From Eubacteriales bacterium (GTDB lineage: Bacteria; Bacillota; Clostridia; Oscillospirales; CAG-272): a DNA stretch of 64,000 nucleotides. The notes under the pieces were generated by a model that was not told the origin of the DNA, made no database searches, and saw nothing but the letters and a program-made list of their open reading frames with translations. This document shows positions 38,648 through 45,879 of the stretch, piece after piece; the first letter of the stretch is position 1; the number at the start of each line of letters is the position of its first letter. The stretch lies in contig JAZRIQ010000004.1 of the NCBI GenBank assembly GCA_045645405.1, positions 93,372 to 157,371 on the forward strand. The letters are read 5' to 3'. A program made the position numbers and the translations under genes.

Positions 38648-39784
38648 ATGATATATCTTGACAATGCAGCTACCACCTTTCCAAAACCGCAATGTGTTAT
38701 TGAGGAAATGGCTAAATGCTTGAAAAAATACTGTGGCAATCCAGGTCGAAGCTCTCACTCACTATCAATCAAAAGCGCTGAAATGATATACGAAACAAGG
38801 GAGCTTTTAGCAAGCTTATTTGATAGTGATGCTGAAAACGTTATTTTCACTTACAACACAACTTATGCACTAAATATAGCTATAAAATCGTTATTAAAAT
38901 ACTCTACTCACGTTTTGATTAGCGATATAGAACATAATTCGGTTTTACGCCCTGTTCACTCATTATCAAATCAAAAATTATGTAGCTATGATATATTTAA
39001 AACAAGTGGGACAGAAGATGACATTATTGAAAGTATAAATAATCAAATAAAAAGCAACACAAAAATGCTTATTTGTACGCACGTATCAAACGTTGGAGAA
39101 AGACTGTTGCCAATTAAAAAAATCGGGCAGCTATGCAAGGATAGAGGTATAACCTTCATCGTGGATGCGGCACAAAGCGCAGGAATTCATAATATTTCCG
39201 TAAAAAATATGAACATCGACGCTTTATGCATTCCCGGACATAAGGGCTTATACGGCCCTCAAGGTGTTGGAGCAATCATTTTTAGAGAAAATATTATTGG
39301 CAGAAGCGTTTTTGAGGGTGGAACAGGTATAAACTCATTAGAGTTTAATATGCCCGATTTTTTGCCGGAAGCTTATGAAGCAGGTACTTTAGCTACGCCC
39401 GCAATTGTCGGCTTAAATGCGGCTTTAAAATGGCTTGAAAGTGTAGAAATCAGCAAAATCAAAGCTCACGAGGAAAATCTATATAATATACTGTATGATT
39501 TACTAAAAACTAATAATAAGGTAACAGTATATAAAATGAACAATTATCCCGGAAACACCCTTTCATTCAATATAAACGGGTTTTCTTCAAGCTACGTCGC
39601 TAACGAGTTAAATAAAAGGGATATTTGCGTAAGAAGCGGTTTTCACTGCTCTCCCTTAGCACATAAAATATTAGAAACTTCTGATAACGGCGCTGTAAGG
39701 ATAGGTATTGGCGTTTTTAACAATAAAAACGATATTTATAATGCTTATGATGCAATTGATGATATAACAAAAAGGATTCGTTAG
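38648..39784 (+). CDS. Cysteine desulfurase family protein (aminotransferase class V)
   Basis: YLDNAATT, EHNSV, VDAAQ, PGHKGLYGPQG (PLP Lys), EAGT, RSGFHCSP. Confidence 0.92.
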   Translation: MIYLDNAATTFPKPQCVIEEMAKCLKKYCGNPGRSSHSLSIKSAEMIYETRELLASLFDSDAENVIFTYNTTYALNIAIKSLLKYSTHVLISDIEHNSVLRPVHSLSNQKLCSYDIFKTSGTEDDIIESINNQIKSNTKMLICTHVSNVGERLLPIKKIGQLCKDRGITFIVDAAQSAGIHNISVKNMNIDALCIPGHKGLYGPQGVGAIIFRENIIGRSVFEGGTGINSLEFNMPDFLPEAYEAGTLATPAIVGLNAALKWLESVEISKIKAHEENLYNILYDLLKTNNKVTVYKMNNYPGNTLSFNINGFSSSYVANELNKRDICVRSGFHCSPLAHKILETSDNGAVRIGIGVFNNKNDIYNAYDAIDDITKRIR

Positions 39785-39797
39785 CAACGAATCCTTT
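39771..39797. terminator. Bidirectional terminator overlapping both convergent stop codons
   Basis: AAAGGATTCGTT-agc-AACGAATCCTTT. Confidence 0.7.
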
Positions 39798-40263
39798 TTT
39801 TAGAAAATTTATTTATAAAAAGCATCATAAGTATAAAAGCCGCACCACCCACAGCACCACCGCAAGAGTCAATGACAACGTCTATAAAGGACGGAACTCT
39901 ATTTACAGTAAAGCTTTGATGAATTTCGTCAAATGACGCATATAAGAAAACGGATATAATAGATAGCGTATAAATAAAAACTTGTTTTATTTTAAAAGAA
40001 TTTACAAATGCATTTGCAAAACAAAATCCAAGTAACATAAAAATACAAAAATGTGCTGTTTTTCGTACAGGAATCTGAAATTTTTTTACGGTATCTTCGG
40101 TTATTTCCTCTTCAGGTATCACAACCTCTAAAACATCTTTAATTAAACCGTCGCTCGTTTTTTCCGACTCCTCACCCGTTTGCGCAGAAAAATTGTAAAT
40201 TATCAGCATAGTAAGGAATACCATAAGCCACGATAATGAAACTACTAATGCTCTTTTCTTCAT
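39781..40263 (-). CDS. VanZ family membrane protein
   Basis: FSAQ...S, RKTAHF, YASFDEIHQSF..R..SFIDVVID..G. Confidence 0.9.
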   Translation of the reverse strand: MKKRALVVSLSWLMVFLTMLIIYNFSAQTGEESEKTSDGLIKDVLEVVIPEEEITEDTVKKFQIPVRKTAHFCIFMLLGFCFANAFVNSFKIKQVFIYTLSIISVFLYASFDEIHQSFTVNRVPSFIDVVIDSCGGAVGGAAFILMMLFINKFSKKRIRC

Positions 40264-40910
40264 AAATTTAACAACTCTTTTTCTGTTGGAGTAACTTCAC
40301 TTTTAAAGAAACCGGTTCCAAGAACAAATATATTTGCTCCTGCATCTTTGGCTAATTTTATAGTATGTTCATTTATTCCGCCATCAACCTCAATATCCAA
40401 ATCAACGTTGACTTTATTTGCGTGTTCTCTGATTTCTTTTATTTTATCAAGTGTTTCATACATAAAGCTTTGTCCGCCAAACCCCGGCTCAACGGTCATA
40501 ACTAAAACCATATCTATTAAACTTATATAAGGGAAAATTTCGCATGAGGGTGTTTTTGGCTTTATTGAAATTCCCACTTTTTTCCCCAAAGAATGAATTT
40601 TATCAATTGCTTTAATAATTCTATTACCGTCAAGTGCTTCTACGTGAAAAGTAATTATATCCGCACCGCAATTTATAAAGTCGTCAATATATCTATCCGG
40701 TTCAATTATCATTGCGTGAACGTCAAGAACAAGCTCGGTGCATTTTCTTACCGAGCTGATAATTGGCATACCAAAGCTGATATTTGGCACAAAAACACCA
40801 TCCATAATATCAATATGGACATACTTAGAGCCGGACTGTTCAATTTTTTTGATTTCCGCTCCAAGATTTAATAAATCAGAAGCCAGAATGGACGGTGATA
40901 AAGTTTTCAT
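40260..40910 (-). CDS. rpe: Ribulose-phosphate 3-epimerase
   Basis: SPSILASD, HIDIMDGVFVPNISFG, MTVEPGFGGQ, IEVDGG. Confidence 0.96.
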   Translation of the reverse strand: MKTLSPSILASDLLNLGAEIKKIEQSGSKYVHIDIMDGVFVPNISFGMPIISSVRKCTELVLDVHAMIIEPDRYIDDFINCGADIITFHVEALDGNRIIKAIDKIHSLGKKVGISIKPKTPSCEIFPYISLIDMVLVMTVEPGFGGQSFMYETLDKIKEIREHANKVNVDLDIEVDGGINEHTIKLAKDAGANIFVLGTGFFKSEVTPTEKELLNL

Positions 40911-41040
40911 TAAATACCTCTTGTCATTTTTTGTTTTTATGTGTCAATATAAATAATTTTGTGTAATATAGTATAGGGTGAAAGCTCAGAGTAAGGTATA
41001 GGAATGGAAATTTAAACAACAAGACGTGTGCCTTTATATC

Positions 41041-41517
41041 CTATGCCTTGCTCTTTAAAAGTGACACTGAATGAGCGGCTATGCCTTCGTTTCTGCCTGT
41101 AAATCCAAGTCCCTCTTCCGTAGTTGCCTTGACGTTAATGTTTTCATAAGGAATATCAAGCGCTTTAGACAAATTCACACGCATATTTTCAATATACGGT
41201 GACATTTTTGGAGCTTGCGCAATAATTGTAGAATCAACGTTACATATTTCATATCCCTTATTGGATATAATCTCTTTTACCCTTGTAAGTAAAATCATAC
41301 TGTTAATATTTTTAAACTCATCACTTGTATCGGGAAAGAAAAACCCAATATCTCTTTCTCCTGCAGCACCCAGTAATGAATCCGCAATAGCATGAGCTAA
41401 AACATCGCCATCGGAGTGAGCCTTCAGCTTTTTATCGTAAGGTATTTTAACCCCACCAATAATGACGTACTCACCCTCTGTAAAGCGGTGAACATCGTAT
41501 CCGTGACCTATTCTCAT
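41041..41517 (-). CDS. ispF: 2-C-methyl-D-erythritol 2,4-cyclodiphosphate synthase
   Basis: RIGHGYDVH, HSDGDV..HA..D, KATTEEGLG. Confidence 0.97.
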   Translation of the reverse strand: MRIGHGYDVHRFTEGEYVIIGGVKIPYDKKLKAHSDGDVLAHAIADSLLGAAGERDIGFFFPDTSDEFKNINSMILLTRVKEIISNKGYEICNVDSTIIAQAPKMSPYIENMRVNLSKALDIPYENINVKATTEEGLGFTGRNEGIAAHSVSLLKSKA

Positions 41518-42260
41518 TGCTTTTCACCCCTAATTGCCAAAATAGCTTCTGCACGCTTAACATCGTCCTGTACAGTAATTTTGATGTTATCACTACCTGT
41601 ATTTACAAGCTTAACCTTGAAGCCGGCATGCTCTGCGAGCATACAGTCATCGGTAGCAATAAATCCATCTTGCCTTGCTTTATAAGCAGAAATTTGATAT
41701 TTTTTATATTCGAAAATTTGCGGTGTTTGAACGTTCCACATATCAGTTCTATCAAGAGTTTTTAGTATAAAACCGTCTTCGTTTGATAATTTTACAGTAT
41801 CAGTAACTCTTGTTGCCGCCGTTGCAATTCCGTATTTTGAAGCTTCCTTAAGAACATTTTCAATTAAATTTTCATCAACCAAGCATCTTGCACCATCATG
41901 TATAGCAACAAACTTTGTTTTTTCAGAAACGTGCTTAAATCCTCTTAAAGCTGATATTTGACGCGTTTCTCCACCGGTAACTATACATTTAACCTTCTTA
42001 AAACCTTTTTCATAAATAAAGCTTTTATATAGCTCTGCATCTTCCTTGCGTACAACTACAATTATCTCATTTATTGAATTGCAATTTTCGAATGCAGATA
42101 TTGTTCTTTCTATTACAGTTTTTCCGTTAATTTCACATAACTGCTTGCTTTGAGTACCATTAGAAAATCGAGTAGATGAACCGGCACATAAAATTACTGC
42201 TGAAACGTAACCGTTTTTCATATTGTTAAATGCACCTGCAATTTTTGAAAAAACTCCCAT
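41514..42260 (-). CDS. ispD: 2-C-methyl-D-erythritol 4-phosphate cytidylyltransferase
   Basis: AGSSTRF..K, GGETRQ.S, IHDGAR, VQTPQ, NIKIT. Confidence 0.95.
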   Translation of the reverse strand: MGVFSKIAGAFNNMKNGYVSAVILCAGSSTRFSNGTQSKQLCEINGKTVIERTISAFENCNSINEIIVVVRKEDAELYKSFIYEKGFKKVKCIVTGGETRQISALRGFKHVSEKTKFVAIHDGARCLVDENLIENVLKEASKYGIATAATRVTDTVKLSNEDGFILKTLDRTDMWNVQTPQIFEYKKYQISAYKARQDGFIATDDCMLAEHAGFKVKLVNTGSDNIKITVQDDVKRAEAILAIRGEKQ

Positions 42261-42483
42261 ATTTTCCTCCTCTAAATTTTCTACGCTTTATTATTGTATC
42301 ACACTTTTAAGCAAAAATAAATAGTAAAATAAAAAAAGAGCTAAAAGCTCTTTAAAATAAATGTTAAAGGGTTAAGAAAAACATTTCCAACAAAAAGTCT
42401 ACAAAAAGAAAAATCTTCTTATATATCAGTTGTCAAATAAATTTTCATTGGAAATGATTTTCGTAGCAAAACATCGGAAGCAA

Positions 42484-42861
42484 TCAATACTGTTCCTGTA
42501 GCCATTTTAGCATTTCATCAAGCTCGCTTGAGGACATTGAGTTTTTTCCGTACATTAAATCCATCATTTTTACAAATGAACCGGAATAGTATCTAGATAA
42601 AAAATCAAACGTTACGCCGCGTATGTACTCCTCTTTTACAGTATCAGCGTAATAATACCTTTCTTTTCCCCTCTTTTCAGAATGTACAAATCCTCGTTCT
42701 TCAAGTCTTGAAAGAAATGAAATAAGAGTGGGCGCTTTCCACCCCTTTTGCTTTCCGACATTTTCCATAAGATAAGCTGTATTAACCGGAGACACATTAC
42801 ATTCCCAAAGCGCATTCATCACATCGAATTCTGCATCCGGCAACCTTCTTATATTGTCCAT
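42484..42861 (-). CDS. BlaI/MecI/CopY family transcriptional repressor
   Basis: LPDAEFDVMNALW...W...TL...LSRL..RGFV...K.GK...Y winged-helix pattern. Confidence 0.9.
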   Translation of the reverse strand: MDNIRRLPDAEFDVMNALWECNVSPVNTAYLMENVGKQKGWKAPTLISFLSRLEERGFVHSEKRGKERYYYADTVKEEYIRGVTFDFLSRYYSGSFVKMMDLMYGKNSMSSSELDEMLKWLQEQY

Positions 42862-42895
42862 GTCTTTTTCCCTTTCTTTGTTGTGACGCTTCTAT

Positions 42896-42924
42896 ATTAT
42901 ACACTTGTCTAATTTGTTTGTCAA
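42896..42924 (-). promoter_or_regulatory. Consensus sigmaA promoter with a BlaI-type operator in the spacer
   Basis: TTGACA-N17-TATAAT with TG; TTAGACAAGTGTATAA palindrome at 42897-42912. Confidence 0.75.
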
Positions 42925-42954
42925 CAGTATTTGACAAATTTTTTCAAGTAAAAA

Positions 42955-42978
42955 TCGCACCGAAATAAAACGGTGCGA
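42955..42978 (-). terminator. Terminator after the acyl carrier protein gene
   Basis: TCGCACCG/CGGTGCGA stem with U-tract on the minus strand. Confidence 0.7.
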
Positions 42979-42990
42979 CAAGTGTCTAAA

Positions 42991-43215
42991 TTAACTGATT
43001 TTTTCTAAAATATTTTTTTCAATATCAGATGCAGTACGGATATCAACAATTTCTTCGTCTTCAAATTTTATTGAATAACAATCTTCAATTTCCATAATTA
43101 TCTTTAACATCCTTAAAGAATCGACGCCTAAATCGAAAATATTAGTATCCTCGTTATAAGATTCGATCGGTACATCAACATAGCTTGAAATTATACTTAA
43201 AATTCTATTTAACAT
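42991..43215 (-). CDS. Acyl carrier protein (stand-alone)
   Basis: 74 aa, acidic, DLGVDSL phosphopantetheine attachment motif, IED.Y.I.F. Confidence 0.88.
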   Translation of the reverse strand: MLNRILSIISSYVDVPIESYNEDTNIFDLGVDSLRMLKIIMEIEDCYSIKFEDEEIVDIRTASDIEKNILEKIS

Positions 43216-43336
43216 AAAAGTCTCCTACCAAGTTATATTTTAATTATAATCGTTTATACATTCAATTTCAAGTATTTAATAGTAAAATCTTGACTTTTAA
43301 GGTAATTTTATTTATAATCACCATTGAGGTGATACT

Positions 43337-44047
43337 ATGTTAATCAACGATATGAAGCATCAAAATATGCTTAATATTTTCAAATCTATAATAAATGGCA
43401 AAAACACTCTTAACGATATAGCCAAAGAAGTAGGTGTTTCAAAGGTTACTGCTTGCGAGCTTACAAAAATTCTTGTTGCAAAAAATTTAATAAAATTTGA
43501 AAATCCACCTCGAAATATACGAGGGAAGCGACCTAACATATATAGCGTTGTTAATGACTATCACTGTATGTATTTTGAGGAGCTTAGAAGAAGATTTTGC
43601 TGTATATCAATAGATATTAACGGAACGGTAATAGATAGATTTGACTGCATTTACAGAACTGACTTAAATAAGGAACAAAACTTAAAAATATTATACAAAA
43701 AATTTAGAAAGAGCCGAGCTTTCAGGAAATATTGTATAGATATTTTTGCTGTTTGTTCTGATGAAACTGCTAAATATTTGCCTAAAAATACGATAAGAGC
43801 AACAAAAGAAGAAATCATTTTAAATTGTCTTTCCGAGCCTGATAAGGTTATATTATTTCAACTACATAAAACACTTGCTCTATCCGTATATTCACATATT
43901 CATTATCCGCAAAAAGGTGTCGGAAATATTTTGGCAAACAAGGTTTTAAATATTGATAAAACATATCACTTTAGAAAAGAGCTTTATGACGGCTTATTTT
44001 TAGCAATGCAAAAGCATTCCTTAGATAAGCTGCTTGATTTAATATAA
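43337..44047 (+). CDS. Winged-helix regulator with ROK-type N-terminal HTH and a degenerate C-terminal domain
   Basis: MK..N...I....IA..VGVSKVT....L....LI....RGKRP resembles the XylR/NagC N-terminus; GAGGTG SD; no ROK sugar-binding motifs. Confidence 0.6.
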   Translation: MLINDMKHQNMLNIFKSIINGKNTLNDIAKEVGVSKVTACELTKILVAKNLIKFENPPRNIRGKRPNIYSVVNDYHCMYFEELRRRFCCISIDINGTVIDRFDCIYRTDLNKEQNLKILYKKFRKSRAFRKYCIDIFAVCSDETAKYLPKNTIRATKEEIILNCLSEPDKVILFQLHKTLALSVYSHIHYPQKGVGNILANKVLNIDKTYHFRKELYDGLFLAMQKHSLDKLLDLI

Positions 44048-45143
44048 CTAAAAGGCGTAAAATTCATTTTGCAAAATAAAAAAACAGAAACCTCTTATGG
44101 TAGTAACTCCATAGGAGGTTTTTAATTATGGCAAAAAACAACGGAAATAACTTATTTCAAGCTCCTTGATTTCCTCTGCATAGCCATCTACGGACATTCC
44201 TTTGCCATCTTTTGTTTGCCACCTTGCAATTATGCTCTTTGCTTCTGCCTTGCCATATTTATGCTCTATTTCGGTTTTAATGTGGTCAAGATTGAATTTT
44301 TAATGATATATTCTGCTACCTTTTCGGCAAACGCTTGTCTATCCTTGCCTTGTACTGTGTTAAGACCTTGCCATAGCATTTGTATTACTTCTTCTTTAGT
44401 CTTACCTTTTATGGTTACCTTTTCATCGGTAAACAAATCACTTAAGTCGGCAAGAATATCGTTGATTGCAATCTGCGTTTCCTTGCGAGAATGCACCTTA
44501 TCTCTTGTGTGATTAGCGACGATTTTCTTCATTTCGCCTTGTGATAGGCTGATTTGTGGATTGGATTTGAGGTTGAATTGTGTATTACTGCTAATGGTTT
44601 CTTTGCTATATTCTGCAACTGTTTCTATTTGCTCATCATAAAATGCAATAACAGACAAATCTCCCTCAAAACCATTGGCATATATAATTCCGTCATAACC
44701 TTTTTTGCTTAAAATTTTACGCAATTCGATTGATGCAGGAGAATTATATTCTTTCTCCATAAATCCATCTAGTTCTTTTAAGTGCAAAAGGTCTTGGTCG
44801 GTAATATAATCTAAAGAATTTAATTTATATGCACACGCAAAAACAAACCAATTCATTGGGTCATAGTCCAAATAAATAGGCTCTTCCATATTTATATAAA
44901 CTTCTTTTACAAAAACATCAGATGTGTTAGATTTAATTGCTTTTTCTTTTCCTTTAAATCTCAACTGTGCCGCTTCTAATGTTCCAAAATGGAAACCTAT
45001 ATCACCGTTTTTAAAAGTGTCAAATTTAGTTTCGGTAGAATGAAAAAAAGAAAGTAGTCTGCCTTCATCATCCTTCAATACGGTGTTTTTGAATTTTTCT
45101 TTTTGATTATTAGTAAGTTTTCTGCCTGCGGTGTCTAATAGTT

Positions 45144-45398
45144 TTAACGGTTTTCCTCGTAAATTTCGTGATATACTCTTTCTAAATCGTAATATATCGG
45201 ATTTGTTATCTTTGATTGTTCTGAACCATCCCGAATTTCCAACCCTCGTTTTTTCGCTTCCGCTACGTACATTTTGATGGTCTCCCATCCACCTAAACAA
45301 TTTTTCGGTATCATTACTTGATTGCCATAAAGTGTTGTTTCTTGTATCATTTCCGGGAACAACTCCTTGTCGTTCCAATACTTCGGTGTTTTTACCAT
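45144..45398 (-). CDS. Nested 84-aa hypothetical protein in the +1 frame inside the polyvalent-protein fragment
   Basis: AAGAGGT SD with GAGG 8 nt before ATG; own TTGAAA-N17-TATAAT promoter; globular-looking sequence; stop at the ART domain boundary. Confidence 0.65.
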   Translation of the reverse strand: MVKTPKYWNDKELFPEMIQETTLYGNQVMIPKNCLGGWETIKMYVAEAKKRGLEIRDGSEQSKITNPIYYDLERVYHEIYEENR

Positions 45399-45432
45399 TT
45401 TCAATACCTCTTAATTGATTATTTGCTTTTTT

Positions 45433-45461
45433 ATTATACTGTGTTTTTGCCTCATTTTCAA
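45433..45461 (-). promoter_or_regulatory. Intragenic sigmaA promoter driving the nested gene
   Basis: TTGAAA (45461-45456), 17-nt spacer, TATAAT (45438-45433). Confidence 0.65.
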
Positions 45462-45791
45462 CACCTTCTTGTGATTTTTCCTTAAGCTCTTTTTCCTTGC
45501 CTTGAATATACTTTGCTAATTGAACATTGCCAATTCGCTTTGATGCATCAAGCCATAGTTTTTCTGCTTTAAGTAATCGCTTTACTTCGGCATTGTTTTT
45601 ATCTACCTTTTGTAATGCTTGTTTTGTATTGAAAATCTTGTCAAATATCTTTTTAGCAAGTGATGTATCGCTTTCAATAATTCGGTCAATAAACTCCTCA
45701 CTACCGAGATAATACTCACTTGACCTTACGGTTAATTCACTTGCAAATAGCTCAAATATTTCTTGCTCTTTTTGTGTCAAATATAAGGTTA

Positions 45792-45827
45792 AAAGAACAG
45801 GAAAAGAGATTTCTCTTCCTGTTCTTT
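45792..45827. terminator. Hairpin downstream of polC
   Basis: AAAGAACAGGAA...TTCCTGTTCTTT stem. Confidence 0.7.
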
Positions 45828-45879
45828 GCTTTGTTCTTTTTATTGCAAACTAAATCCGTTCACTTTAATATACGCCTTT

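Larger units (their letters stand above)
44126..45780 (-). pseudogene. Internal fragment of a phage-type large polyvalent protein with an ART-PolyVal-like ADP-ribosyltransferase domain; no SD at the 5' end, frameshifted near 44293
   Basis: DTAGRKLTNNQKEKFKNTVLKDDEGRL..FHST...GFHFG...VYINMEEP...GYDGIIY.N..E....AF...QI motif; protein-like continuation NLDHIKTEIEHKYG... in another frame (44293-44126). Confidence 0.7.

Noticed and set aside
38420-39784. DUF3343 plus cysteine desulfurase as a selenium-utilisation cluster
   Set aside because: No selD, yedE/yedF or in-frame TGA read-through evidence in the window.
44050-44077. dif-like 11-6-11 site (AAAAGGCGTAA-AATTCA-TTTTGCAAAAT)
   Set aside because: Only partial similarity to the XerD arm, and gene orientation stays minus-strand-dominant on both sides, so a replication terminus is unlikely.
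45775-45780. TTGACA at the start of the 504-aa ORF as a -35 box
   Set aside because: No plausible -10 hexamer 16-18 nt downstream.
44069-45854. 11/12 direct repeat TTGCAAA(A/C)TAAA as prophage attL/attR
   Set aside because: Short and AT-rich, with no integrase nearby; the same bases are better explained as part of the inverted repeat. Not fully excluded.
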